Made by a program: the position numbers and the translations under genes
Source: the human T2T-CHM13v2.0 reference genome, Homo sapiens
Assembly (NCBI RefSeq): GCF_009914755.1
Contig: NC_060934.1
Length of the DNA: 64,000 nt
Direction: 5' to 3' (one strand)
The notes under the pieces: generated by a model
What the model was told of the DNA's origin: nothing
The model's database searches: none
Seen by the model: only the letters and a program-made list of their open reading frames with translations
Shown here: piece after piece, positions 42,439 to 56,696 of the stretch
How the letters are laid out: the number at the start of each line of letters is the position of its first letter
Numbering within the stretch: the stretch's first letter is position 1

Positions 42439-44659
42439 AAACTACGAACAGAACTACCATACGATCCAACAATCCCACTACTGGGCGCCTATCCAAAGGA
42501 AATGAAATCATCAGTGTACTGGAGAGACATTTGCACTCCTCTGTTTACTGCAGCCTGATTCACAATACCCAAGATATGAATCCACCCAGGAGTCCAACAG
42601 CAGATGAATGGATATGGAAGGTGTGGTATATAACATTGAATAGGATTCAGCCATAACAGAGAATGAAATCCTGTCATCTGCAGCAAGATGGACGGAAGCG
42701 CAGGACACTAAATAAAGTGAAATAAGCCAGGAATAGAAAGTTAAATACTACACGTTCTCACTCATATGTGGAAGCTAAAGAAAGATGATTTCATAGAAAT
42801 ACAAAGTAGAACAGTGCATACTGGAGGCTGGGAAGGGAGGGATGGGGAGAGATTTGTTAAAGGAAACAAAATCACAGCTGGCTGGGAAGAATACGTTCCA
42901 GTGTTCTGTACCACCGCAGGATGACTATAACTAACAGTAATTTATCATTCAAATAGCTAGGAGGAAGATACCAAACATTCCCAAAGAAATGATGCACGCT
43001 CCCGATCTAATATCCCGATCTGCTAACTACATGTTATATGTATTGAAACATATACCCTATGAGTTGCACAATTATGTGTTAATTTTATAAAAAGTTAAAA
43101 ATACACTTTTTAGGAGTTTCAGATTTAAGAAAAATTGAGCAGGATGGTAGAGCTCCCACACTGCCCTACAATATGCCCCAGTCTCAGAATGCGCACATAT
43201 CCAACATTAGTTAGAATTAGTAAGCCAACAGTGAGACGATTTAAATCTATCCTTTACTCAGCCTTCCTCATTTCCCCCTAATATCCCCTTCCTGTCCCAG
43301 GATCCTACCCAGGATTCCACATGACAATTGGCCGTCACGTCTCCCTGAGTTCCTATGGACTGTGACAGTCTCTCAGAAATGTCCCTGTTTTGCTGACCTT
43401 GACGGTTTTGAGGGGACTGGTGAGGTGTTTTGTAGGCTGCCCTTTGGTTGGGACTTGTCTAACATTGTTCATGGGTAGACACGGATCACAGGCATTTTGG
43501 AAAAGGGCCTCAGAGATGAGCGCCCTTCCCATGGCGTCATATCAAAGCCCCCCTGCTCATCACTGATGGTGACCTCGCACTTAGCTGGGTCACGTTTGCA
43601 GGTTTTCCCCGTCCCTTCCACATGCCCTCTCTGGAGGCATCGCTCTGCTCAGCCCATGCCAGAGAGGAGAGGGTGTGTGCTCTCTTCTTGGCTTTTGAGA
43701 TGCGACACTGCTGGCCTCATGGAGGGCACAGCCTCCTGCCTCTGGGTGACCAAGCCCATGCCTCAGGCCCATTAGCTTGTGATGGGCAGCCGTCTGACAG
43801 AGGAGGTCTAATGACCGTGGGGCTGCAGCATTCTCCCAGGTGGAATGAGCACAGAGAGCTGATCCATCTGCACAGAAGTGTGCACAGGGCAGAGAAGCAA
43901 GGTGACAAGGGGACTCCTGAGGATCTTCTGGGCTTTGCTTCCAGACCCTCCCTGTCACTGGGCTGCACCTCCACCCAACCCTCCAGTTCCTCAGGCACCT
44001 CTCTCCTACTTCAATCTTCGCTTGCTGAAATGGTCCAACTTGGTTTCCGTCACTTTCCACCATGAAGTGTGACTAATGTGGATCAACTTTCCCTTTTTGA
44101 GTAAGACTAGAAAGACTTGAAAAATAATTATAGATTTGATATGTTTATGAGCATGTGTAAAAATTTTTTCAAATTAATTTCAAAATGATAGTAAGCTTGC
44201 AAGAATGAAAACAGTATAAAGAACACTTCTAACACCCAGGTTCACTGCTTGTTAATATTATGTTCCATCTGCTTTATACTTTGCACTGCCCACCCCATCT
44301 TACACAATGTGCACACACAGTTTTTTCTGAACCATTTGAGGATAAGTTAAATACATCAAGGTAAGTGTGGATTTCCTGAGAATAGGAATACTATCTTACA
44401 GAACAGTTATCAGTTTCAGTAATTTTAATATTGATCCAATATTTAATCTATAGCCTCTCTTCCAATTCTTCCCATTACTCCAGTAATGTCCCTACAGCTC
44501 CGCCTTGAGTGCAGGGCTCACCCTAGCATCAGGCTTAATATTTTGTTGTCATTTCTTTGGCTTGCCTTAATTGGGAAGATTTCCAAAGTCTTTTTTATCT
44601 TCATGACGTTGACATTTTTGAAGAATAGTGTCCCTGCCTTTAAAAAATATTTAAAATTA

Positions 44660-45690
44660 TTTAATTCAAAGTGGATCAATGACATAAATGTAAGAGATAA
44701 AACTGTAGACTGTTAAAGGAACAGTCATGTGTTGGATATGTCATTTATTTCTTGGCTACCACACCAAAAGTATATGCAGAAAACAAAGAGGATAAACTGG
44801 ACATCAAAATTAAAAGCTTCTGTTCATCAAAGGACACAATGAACAGAATCAGCGGAGTGAAAACGCAACCCAGGAAATGAAAGCAAGATTTGCAAATCAC
44901 ATATCTGTTAAGGGGCTAATATCCAGAATGTGTAAGGGACTCTTACAATTCAATAGCCAAAAAAAACTAAATGCAAACCAAACAAAGAAACCACTCCAGC
45001 TAAAAAGTGTGGAAAAACTTGAATAGACATTTCTCTAAAGAAGGTATACAAATAGCCAGTGAGCAAGAGAAGATGTTCGACAAGACCATCACTAGGAAAA
45101 CGCACACCAAAGCCACAACGAGATACCATCTCACACCCATTAGGATAACTACTCTCAAAAAAATAGAAAACACCTACTGTTGGTGAGCACACGGAGAAAC
45201 CAGACCCACGTGCACTGCTGGCGGGAAGGTAAAACAATGCAGCGGCTGTGGAAAACAGTATGGCAGTTCCTCCAGAAATATAAATAGAACTAATGTATGG
45301 TTCAGCAATTCCACTTCTGAGTATATACCCAGAAGAACTGAAACCAGGTCTTGAACAGTATCTATAAACCCATGTTCACAGCAGCCCAAAGGTGGAAGCA
45401 ACCCAAGTGAACATCGGCAGACAATGGATGAGCCAAGTGTGGTATATACGTACAAGGAAATATTATTCAATCTTAAAAAGGAAGATTTTGACACAATGCT
45501 ACAACATCGATCAACCTTGAGGACATTATGCTAGGTAACATCAGCCAGTCACGAAAAGACAAATACCACAGGACTCAACTTACATGAGGTACCTACCTAG
45601 AGTAGTCAAATTCATAGACAAAGTAGAATGGTGGGTACCAGGGGCCGAGAAAAGAGGGATGGAGAGTAGAGATTTAATGAGGACAATATT
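44660..45690 (+). mobile_element. L1MB-like ORF2 3' end / 3'UTR
   Basis: aaggggctaatatccagaat, accttgaggacattatgcta, agtagtcaaattcatagac. Confidence 0.8.
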
Positions 45691-45692
45691 AA

Positions 45693-46033
45693 GTGCGTGG
45701 AGAAACCAGAACCAGGAGCAGCCCTGCGTGTGTGGAGAAACCGGAAACCAGGCACGGCCCTGAGCGTGTGGAGAAGCCGGAACCCAGGCGCGGCCCTGAG
45801 CGTGTGGAGAAGCCGGAACCCAGGCGCGGCCCTGAGCGTGTGGAGAAGCCGGAACCCAGGCGCGGCCCTGAGCGTGTGGAGAAGCCGGAACCCAGGCGCG
45901 GCCCTGAGCGTGTGGAGAAGCCGGAACCCAGGGGCGGCCCTGAGCGTGTGGAGAAGCCGGAACCCAGGGGCGGCCCTGAGCGTGTGGAGAAACCGGATCC
46001 AGGGGCGGCCCTGAGCGTGTGGAGAAACCGGAA
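45693..46033. repeat. 36-bp CpG-rich minisatellite (~9.5 units), cgtgtggagaagccggaacccaggcgcggccctgag
   Basis: ccggaaccca at 45777, 45813, 45849, 45885, 45921 and 45957. Confidence 0.97.
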
Positions 46034-48039
46034 CTCGCTCTAAGCAGCCGGGCAACTCCTTCTCCACAGAAAGGACTTGAAAAGTATCTTTTTATTAAAT
46101 CATAAAAGACATCTTTTATTAAACAGAAAAATAAGCTTTTCTGTTTATTTCAACAAAAGAACTATCAGTGTGTAGTCCCTAAAGCCAAAGAGAAGAGCAA
46201 GTTTCCAGCAGGAGGGTAGGCTCAGCAGCATCCACTGGCACTGAGCGTGGAACATTAGGGTGGGGTCGTAGGTGGCCTTGCCGGGTGCCACCAGGGAACC
46301 GTGGAGACATGGGGCTTTGTCTCTCATGAGCCAGCAGGAGATGAACCCAGACCCTCTGAGGTGTTCAGCTGTCAGGAGAGAGGGCCGTGGGGTGGCCGCG
46401 GGTGAAAAGGGTCAAAGGAGGGTTTTTGTTTTTAGACAGCATTTATCACGTCATGTTTACATGCAGAGAAACGACTTCAGAGACAAGGAAACGCTGGTGA
46501 TGTCAGAGGGAGGGGATGCTGGTCAGCCCAAGGGCCTTAAGCAGACGGTAGATGGTTGGGGTCTGGGGAAGGTGGAGGGGGTCAGGAGAAAAGGCAGCTG
46601 CAGCGGGTCACAGTGGGTGGGAACTGCTCATTCGCTGCTTGTCTCATTTAGGAGATAAACTGAGGCCCTAAAAGGTTTAACGTTACACTGACACGGCAAA
46701 GTGAAAGAAGAAATTAGAGAATGGGATGTAAAGACTAAAAATATTAATGAGTTTAAACATGGACACAGTCTCTCTGGGATATGGATGGTAATTCTAAAAA
46801 AGGAGAGACAAAAATATGGCAACAAGCCTGCCTCTTCCATCTCCTGAAAACACACCTTGGAGAGGCAGGACCCGGGAGCCCGCCTCTGGTAACCGCGTCC
46901 TCGCCCGCTTGCAGGGTGGCCACAGTGCTCCATGACTGCTCTCCTTCCACACACACACCTGGCCAGGGGATGTCTGGAGAGTCGGGAGGCAAGAGAAGTG
47001 GGAGCAGTGCAAACCAGACACCAGGAGGACGGCAAAGCCTCGCAGGAGATTGTGTCCAAATACCACAAGTGACATGGTGTGAAAGTGAATTCTTTTATTT
47101 TTCATTCGGTTTTCCCACTGGTTTTCAAGTAGACTGCAAGTTTTCAAGTAGACTGCAAGTTCTATTTAAGGAATTGTGAAAGCCCTACTGTCCCTTACCC
47201 GATGATCATCTCAAGTTGGGTTCATGCCTGAAGACAGCCACAGCAGAAATAAAGGAAAAACTATAAACTAATAAGAAAAAAGGCATTTGCATGACTACAT
47301 ACACATAATTGTATATCCATGTAAAGGTATAACTGTATCAGATAATTGTACTGAGACTTACAGCTGGCCAGCATTGTCCCAAGCACCTGACGCATACCAA
47401 GAATCCTCCTAATGACTCTAGGAGTGGCACTGCTTTTGCCATTTCACAGGCAGAGAAAGTAAAATACAAGAAGGCAACGTGTGCAGGATCACATGGCCAG
47501 AAAGTGATAGATCTGAGGCCAGACAATGGGTCCTGAGCTTAATCCAAGCACCTGTTAAATTCATTGCAGCCAAACCACCCTGAGGCTCAGCTCTGGTACC
47601 CAAGGGACGGGGGAGTGAGGGTGAGGCTCCTGGGTACACTGCTGGGACAGTCACCTGAGGATCATATGAAACACTGAGAAGCTGGAGGTAAAAAGTACAG
47701 TCATGTACTTAACGACAAGGCAACATCCTGAGAAATGAGCTGTCAGTCCATTGTGTCATCACGCAAACACCACAGAGTGGACCTACACACACTGGGATGG
47801 GGTAGCCTCCTACGCTCCTATGCTGTATGGTACGGCCAAGTGCTCCCGGGCTGCACACCTGGACAACATGTGACTACATACAATTGTAATACAACAATAT
47901 TTGTGTATCTAAACATAGAAAAGGCACAGTAAAACATGCTGTGAAAAGATAAAAAATGGTGCACCCATATAGGGAACTTACCCATAAACAGAGCTTGTAG
48001 GACGGGAAGCTGCTCTGGGTGAGTGGTAAGTTCACACAA

Positions 48040-48505
48040 AGGGCTACAACATCACTGCACGTGGCTGCAGACTCTGTAAACACTGTACTTGTAAGCTAAG
48101 ACATCACCTCACACGGCTGTAGATTCGTAAACACCATACTCGTGAGGTCAGACATCGCATGTGTCTGTAGGTTCGTAAACACCGTACTTGTGAGCTAAGA
48201 CAACACTGCACGCGACTGTAGATTTGTAAACACCGTACTTGTAAGCTAAGACATCACCGCACGCGGCTGTAGACTTCATAAACACTGTACTCGTGAGCCA
48301 AGACATCACCACACGTGGCGGTAGATTCTTAAACACTGTACTCGTAAGCTAAGACATCATCCACGTGCGGCTGTAGACTTTGTAAAAACTACTCGCGAGC
48401 TAAGACATCACTGCATGAGGCTGTAGATTGATCAACACTGCACTCGTGAGCTAAGTCATCACTGCACGTGGCTGTAGATTCATAAACACTGTACTCGTAA
48501 GCTAC
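48040..48505. repeat. ~51-bp minisatellite (~9 diverged units) inside Tigger3
   Basis: aacactgtactcgtgagctaagacatcactgcacgcggctgtagattc repeated. Confidence 0.9.
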
Positions 48506-48684
48506 ACTAAATCTATAAGAAAATTCCCTTGTTAAATAAATTAACCTACATTTACTGTAACTTTCTATGTTGTAAATTCCTTAAAGCTTTTTGACTCACT
48601 TATAAAAACAGATTAAAACATATTGTACAGCTGTACAAAAATAATTTATCTTTATATCAAGTTTTCTATTAAAAGTTTTTTACT

Positions 48685-48984
<300 letters not shown>

Positions 48985-49689
48985 GAAAGTTTTTTACTTT
49001 TTAAACTTTTTTTTTTGTTATAAACTAATACACAGACACACATTAATCTGGGCCTCCACGGGGTCAGGATCACTGAAATCACTGGCTTCCACCTCCACAT
49101 CTTGTCCAACTGGAGGGTCTTTAGGGCAATGACATGCACAGAGCCGTCATCTTCTGTGGGAACCATGCTTTCTGCTGGATTCCTCCTGAAGGACCTGCTG
49201 AGGCTGTCTTACAGTTAACTTTTTTATTGTTAAGTATAGAGAATATGCTCTAAGATAACGACATTAAAGGTAAGTACATAAACCGGCTTCACAGGTGTCT
49301 ATTATCACAGTCCAGTATTATGCACGTACTGTGTATGATCCTACATGCTATACGTTTATACAACTGGCAGCAGAGGTTTATACTAGCATTGCCACAAACA
49401 CATAACGCATTGCATTATGATGGCCACAACATCAATAAACTCCATTTCACAGGAATTTTTCAGCTTCATTACAGTCTTACGGAACCACTCTCATTTAGGG
49501 GACACTGTCTTGGGGACCACTGTGGTCTGTCATTGACAGAAACAGCACTATGCAGCACATGACTAATTCAGCAAAGGGACACGAGCTCCACAGACAGCCC
49601 AGCTCTCAGTCTGCTAAGACCACAGGCCATGATGAAGGGACTAAAGACCAGCTGGAGAACTCTGGCCCCCTCCCAGCAAATCCTTCTCA

Positions 49690-50510
49690 TGTACACATGT
49701 ATGTATGCACACGAATGCACACACACACACACACTTCCACATATATGCATGTGTGTATACTTGTAACAACTCCACATACAAAATACAAGGCAATACTAAG
49801 ACTCAGTGTGCATGTGCACATGCAACACACACACAATACTCACATAGCCCACACACTAGCAAACTCATCTGCATGCACACACGTACACATGTAACATACT
49901 TACACACACATAAAACACTCAGTACACTACACTCACACATGCAAACTCACACTTGCACACACATGCACATGGGAGTGCACTTGCATTCTTGCAAACCCTC
50001 ATATACTTGTACCACATACAGGCACCCACCCATGCAACACACACATGCACACTCATACTTGCATGTACTCGTGTGCACAAATATCTGCTACATATTTGTA
50101 TGCACACACACGACACGTGCAAAGCCATAAATGTGTACACATTTGAAAGTCACACAACTGCAACATACTTGCAACACACTCATGACACATATGCACGTGT
50201 CTATACTTGCAGCACACACTACACTCATGCACATGCATGTGCAGTTGAAACACATGCAGTATTGCACACACGTACACTTGTAACACACAACAGCATATAT
50301 ACACAACACACTTGCACAAACTCATACTCTCATGCATATATGCACTTATACTTGTACCCACATCACACTCACCCATGCAACACATGACACAGGCAAGCTC
50401 GCACATGTACAAACTCATATTCACATGTGCAGACACTATTCACACACTTGCAAAACACACATGCATGTATGCACAGCACACTCACACATGCACTGAGACA
50501 CACACACAAG
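49690..50510. repeat. Degenerate (CA)n/(CATG)-rich low-complexity tract
   Basis: ~800 bp of cacaca/catgca/catata units. Confidence 0.9.
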
Positions 50511-50812
50511 GACCTGATCGGGTGAAAGGCTCCTGTTAAGCTGTTTGTCTTTGTCTCTATCTTCACTCCCTCCATTCTGCTGCTAAAGTCTCAAGTTTAC
50601 TGATGTACTTTTATTCTGTGGCCCCTGCTCTCAGGATCTTGATACTTGGGCTAACCAATGAGTAGGAATTAATTTAGTATCTATGCTTTTCTGGTAATAC
50701 CCTTTAGTTATGACTTCAGGTTACAAGCCCGGAGGAAGCTAAGAAAGTTTTCATTCTAGGACTTTACACCAATGTAATGTTCTTAAGATGTAAAAAATTG
50801 CTAAAACTGTTC

Positions 50813-51105
50813 CTTTTTCTTTTGAGACAAGGTCTTGCTCCATTGCCCAGGCTGGAGTGCAGCGGTGTGATCATGGCTTACTGTAGCCTCTAACTCTCAG
50901 GATCAAGCAGTCCTCCCACCTCAGCTTTTTAAGTAGCTAGGACTATAGGCACATGCCACCACACCTAGTTCATTTTTAAAAAATGTTGTAGAGATGGAGT
51001 CTCGCTATGTTGCCCAGGCTGCCCTCAAACCTCTTGGGCTCCAGTGATTCTCCTGCCTTGGCCTCCCAAAGCACTGGGATTACCGGTGTGAGCCCATTCC
51101 CAGCC
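50813..51105 (-). mobile_element. AluJ-like
   Basis: Diverged reverse Alu. Confidence 0.88.
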
Positions 51106-52012
51106 TTAAAACCGCATCTTCAAATGCAGACAAATATATATATATATATTATATTTTTTTCCTATCTAAAGTCTGAAAAACTCAAGTATTCATGGAAAGA
51201 CCAAATTGGAAGTCATTGAGAGACTTATGATTTCATTTTAAATGAATTACACTGTAACAAATATTTTAAAATTGAACAGTCACTTGCAAATAGTCTCAAC
51301 ACAATTTCATCATTTCCTTCCTGCACATGTGGGACTGTAATCTGTCTGTTCCAGAAGCAGGGAGAGTGTGTCCCCTCACTCTATGATGCAGAAATGCTCT
51401 CCATGGTGACCTGTCACAGATGCAGGCAGGTCCCACCCACCATGGCTCCAAGAATAAAAAGGGCATCAGAAACAGGGGCAGAAAACCAAGCAGAAATGGC
51501 TAATACCCCTGTTCGACAACTGACTTTCACAATGGTGGTCTTCCTCTGTAGGCCGTCTTTCTTGTGCGTGTGCACATTCATATTCTCTCTCAAGGAAATT
51601 GCATGTGCATACCAATAAGCTAACCTTCTCCAGAGTAATTAGACGATAATTGGGCAGGTGCCTTGGAGCTCGCAAGTGAGTGTGCCATTAAAGCAACAGG
51701 AACAGTAATTAATCCTGTGACAGAGCCTAATGCAGATCAAGTGAGAAAACCACCATCCCATTTTTATAGGAAGAGTAACAAGAAAGAAATAAGATCAGTG
51801 CTTTTAGTGGCTCTCATTTCACTGCCTCCCGACTGCTGGCCTTGGACTGTCGACTTTCTCACCCTCTGTGGTCAGCAGCCCTGGGCCGGTGGATCAGAAG
51901 AGGTGAGTCCTCTGTCACCATCCAGCTGCCGGAGCTCATAGTGACAGCATCTGCCCCAGTCTGGCTCTTCACAGCATTCCTTTACTTTGTCCTCACAGGT
52001 GCCTGGGAAGAC

Positions 52013-52391
52013 TGGCTTTACTGCACCTGTTCTGAGCACCCCCAGAGCTCCTGCTGAAATGTGATTCCCAGGGTTGGAGGTGGGGCCTAATGGAGAAGTC
52101 GGAGTCATGCAGGCAGATCCGTCATGATAGATGCAGGCCTTCCCTGGGGGTGAGCAGGTTCTTGCTCTACCAGCTCCCGGGAGAGCCGGTGGCTAAAAAC
52201 AGTCTGTCCCCTCCTCCCACCACGTGATCTCTGCACTTGTGGCCCCTCTTTCCCTCCACCATGAGTGAAGCTCCCTGAAGCCTGACCAGAGGCAGATGCA
52301 GGCACCACACTTCCTGTACAGCCTGCAGAACTGTGTGCCAAATACACTTCTTTTCTTTATAAATCACCAGCCTCAGGTGTTCCTTTACAGA
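52013..52391 (+). mobile_element. MST-type MaLR LTR
   Basis: ggttggaggtggggccta...cttcctgtacagcctgcagaac...ctttataaatcaccagcctcaggt...agactaaggca. Confidence 0.8.
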
Positions 52392-52933
52392 AATGGAAAC
52401 AGACTAAGGCAAGAGGGAAACTGAGGTTACAGAGTGTAATACCTCGTCCCAGAGGAGCTGACTTCTGACCTGTGTGACCCAGAGCCCCCTGCCAGTGGCT
52501 GCAGCACCAGGCATATTACATGCTAGTAAAGGTTGAAAGTGATGCTGGAGATTAAAGCTGGATGACATTTTTACCTAGGAATATTTAAGGGAGGTTTAAG
52601 GAAGGAGAGGGCTTTGGGGCTGGCTTGGAGGACTGGAGAAAAGGCCCCTGGGGCCACACTCCTTGGAGGTGGGCTGGGGGCTGCGGACTGTGAGTGGGTG
52701 GTGAGGGCATCGGAGAGCAAGACTGGGACGCCGCTGAGATTCTCTGCAGTGGGGGGGTAAGGGAGAAGGGGCCCAGCCAGACGGAGGGGACCACAGACAG
52801 ACCTGGTTAGAAAGGTCAAAGAGAGAACATCGCGGAGAAAAAAACAGAAAGGAATGAGAAGAGTGAGAGCAGCCCCAGAAGCCGGGAGGGAAGGGCAGCG
52901 TGGTGTCCCACCCGAGGGCACGGGAGAAAGAGC

Positions 52934-53282
52934 GGCACACGGTCCATCTGGAGGGCAGCAGGGAGGGTTCAGGGGTGCCTGGGCGGGGCCCGGCACACAG
53001 TCCATCTGGAGGGCAGCAGGGAGGGTTCAGGGGTGCCTGGGCGGGGCCCGGCACACGGTCCCTCTGGAGGGCAGCAGGGAGGCTTTGGGGGTGCCTGGGC
53101 GGGGCCCGGCACACGGTCCATCTGGAGGGCAGCAGGGAGGCTTTGGGGGTGCCTGGGCGGGGCCCAGCACATGGTCCATCTGGAGGGCAGCAGGGAGGGT
53201 TCAGGGGTGCCTGGGCGGGGCCCAGCACACGGTCCACCTGGAGGGCAGCAGGGAGGCTTTGGGGGTGCCTGGGCGGGGCCCG
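52934..53282. repeat. 58-bp G-rich minisatellite (6 units)
   Basis: Units start at 52934, 52992, 53050, 53108, 53166 and 53224. Confidence 0.96.
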
Positions 53283-54647
53283 GTGAAAGGAAGTCACTTT
53301 ACAGCCAGACTTTGCTTTCCTTCTTTGTATGTAAAATGCCAGGTCTGAGTCTCATGAAGATGTCTGGCATCCGAGGAGCTCCCCTCGGCACTGCTCAAGG
53401 GTGAGAGCCTAGGCCAGCTAGCAGCGACGGTCAGCGGCGTGGGTGCCGACCAGAGGCATGCAGTGGTGTGTGGGAAAGTGAACTGCACCGCCAGCTCCTG
53501 TTCCTATGTACTCTCACTTTCATTTCAGATGCTTTCCAAAGCAGCTAGCAGCCTAGTCAGGGAAAAGGTTACGCTTTGAGGGCCAGGCCACAGACAGAAC
53601 TGCATACATGTGTTATTGATGAGCTACTGCTCACTCCTTCAGGAAGTTATATAATTATGAGTTATTTTCCAAAGAATTCTTATGGGGAGTCAGGTGAATT
53701 TGTTTTAATGCCCAGAAGTGATTATTTAGAAAACTGTATGCCCAGAAACAAGTTACCTAATCTAAAACTACATTTCTGATTTTTCTAAGTGTTCCAGACT
53801 GAACTTTGTCCCTGGCAGCTGGTGGCCTTGGGGGCAGGCGTTGCCTCTGGCCCTCAGCCTGCAGGGCCTCCCTGAGGGCTCCTACGTGGCCACCACTCTT
53901 CTGTGATTTTATAACTGTGCAGCCAGTGGTTCTGTCGACCAGAGGGCCTGATGGAAGAGCCACAGGGCCAGGCATGCATCTACGAGTGTGAACCGTCAGG
54001 GCGGGCGTGGCTCCTGGCCCTGGCGTGTGAGCTCTCAGCCACTGGCCGTCCCATGCAGGCTGTTGGGACACCCCTGGTCTCCCCCCACCAGATGCCAGCT
54101 GAGCCACTGCCCAACTTGTGCTGATCGAAAATGCCTCCAGGCATGTCAGACATCCCTGGGGGCACAGGCACACACAGCAACAGGTCACGGAGCGGCTGCT
54201 GACGGCGATAAGGGAAGGCACCATGTCCCACGCACTTCACCTAAGCAACAATGAACGGGCACCTCTACAGTCACCAAGTGGAAGATGATCTGTTTCAACG
54301 GGGGAAGTCTGCAGTAAAAATGACGCCTTCTTTCCTTCCTCTCTGGCATCTTAGTGGGTCCTCCTTGGCGGGCAGAGATTCCTCTAAAGGGCTTCTCATC
54401 CTGCTCAACCCCATGCCTGCTTTCTGGAGTCCTCACACTCTCACCAAGAACTCCACTTTTCTTCTCAGGGGGCGCTTAGGAGGCCACATAGAGAAGGTAA
54501 CCTGACCCCTAACCCCTATTTCAAGCATCTTGACAAAACATTTCCATTCATGTAAAGAAATGTGGGCAGGATGCTGACATTCTACGACGGGGGCAAAATG
54601 GTGCATAAAATAGGAAGGAAAAGAACCGAGTGCCTGCCTTCCAGTGA

Positions 54648-55009
<362 letters not shown>

Positions 55010-55190
55010 CAGAGTTTTCAATTGCAAAGTTCAAGCCAATGCCTAACTCCACCACTTCACTCATGAGACAGTTACACTCTGGGCAGATAAACATCGTGTG
55101 CACCTCTTCTTCTAGATGGAGACCTGCATGCAAGGCCGCAGAACAAAACAAAAAAAGGAAAAAAAGAAAAAACCCAGAAGTGTACAGTAC

Positions 55191-55252
55191 CTGTCGTGTC
55201 TCAGGGCTCTCATGTCCACGTAGACAGTGGTTGGGTCAGGTCCTGAGGTTCC
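55191..55252 (-). CDS. DIP2C: DIP2C exon (62 nt): [20 protein letters not shown](R)
   Basis: gttgcttgcAG acceptor, CAG|GTACTG donor; phase 0-2 joins AG|A = Arg to the 33620 exon across a ~21.6 kb intron. Confidence 0.94.
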
Positions 55253-56696
55253 CTGCAAGCAACAACAGAGTGGTTAACTCAAGTTTACATGGAGGGAGAT
55301 TGGGGTCTGTGCTTCTACTAGTTAGGAAACATTTCTTTTGTAAAATCTTAAAGTGAAAAATAAAACTAAAAACACTTAGACCAGCAACCTCTCAAGGCAC
55401 CTGCTAACTTTCAGTGTGATAACCTAAATTCCAGAAGGAATATCTTATTAGGATAATACTGGATTCACACAGCTTGACCGCCAATATATAAAAATAGGAA
55501 AGAAAGGAGACAAAGCCACGCACTGTGCCAAAAAAAGGAAGGCTGAAAACTGCCAAGACGGCGCTGCAAAAGCAGGTTGGAAGGATATGAAGCATCTGTG
55601 CGGAGAAATTTTTACCACATGCATCCACCTTTAACAAAAGGTGTATTTTGAGGGCCCAGGACAGTGAAGCAGATGTGTGATAGGGATGGACAGGCCAGGG
55701 AGGAAGAGGTGAGGGGAGCATCTTGCTCCTCCGGGCTCTGCTGGGGCTCTGGCTCTCTGGCCTGAGGAGGGCATTTCCGGCCAAGACACAGGTCAGGGAA
55801 GGGGCATTTTATCCTGGAGAGCTGGGCAGGACTTTGTGGTCTGAGCCATTCCACTGGGCTGTTGATTTTACACAGGGGTCCAGAAATCTTTTCTTGGCAC
55901 CATAAATTGCTTGAAAAATTACACCATGCTGACTTCTGACCAGTGACCTCTGTACACAGAAGAGCAGCATCACGAAGGCTGCATTACAAACCAAAATTGT
56001 ACATTCATTTTTGGGGAAGGCAGTACAATACCTTGGTTGGAAAAAGACTAAACCTACAATAAATTTGCCAAAAAATAAGGGAGCCCTTCAGAATTCATTT
56101 GAAGAATTACACTAAAATTCTTCAGGAGAGAATTCCAATTTTTGTACTAAAGGCACAAAATTTTCTTATATTGCTTATATATAAGAAAAAAAAAAGACAA
56201 TGTCATGAAAACATACCATAGTACTCAATAACCCTGGGCCCTGGTATCTCACCACTGAGACAGGGAAAAAGAACAGCACATGCGAGTCAGCCTCCCGGCG
56301 GACGCTCCCAGTGACAGCTCTACCCCCGGCTGCTCAGCAAAGCCGCCCCACAGACCAGCGCTGAGCAGAGAACCGGCCCACAGTGAGTAATGCAAAATAC
56401 AGCCATGGAGGGTCAATTAAAAATAAGTAAATGGAAAACAGGTGAAGAATTAAGTACAACAGAGATGAACCAAACTGGCAAATGAACCACTGACCGCGCA
56501 CCCCGGGAAGACAGCGTCGGCTACGCGTGAGGCCTGAACGTGACATTGCCCGGCCGGCAGCACCCATGATCACAGGGCCTGCAGACCCCCGGCCAATCTC
56601 TGCACTCAACTGCTAGTCTGTCCCACGGCTGGATGCGGGCAAGGCAGCGGGGCTGGGCAGGGAGGCACGGGTGTGATGGACAGGAAAGTCCCCTAC

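Noticed and set aside
45612-46067. Repetitive ORFs (PEPRRGPERVEK / LHTLRAAPGFRL)
   Set aside because: Artefact of a stop-free 36-bp tandem repeat whose length is a multiple of 3.
49550-50575. His/Thr- and Cys/Val-rich ORFs
   Set aside because: Translation of CA/TG low-complexity sequence.
52571-53404. Several long overlapping ORFs of up to 233 aa
   Set aside because: Generated by the GC-rich 58-bp VNTR.
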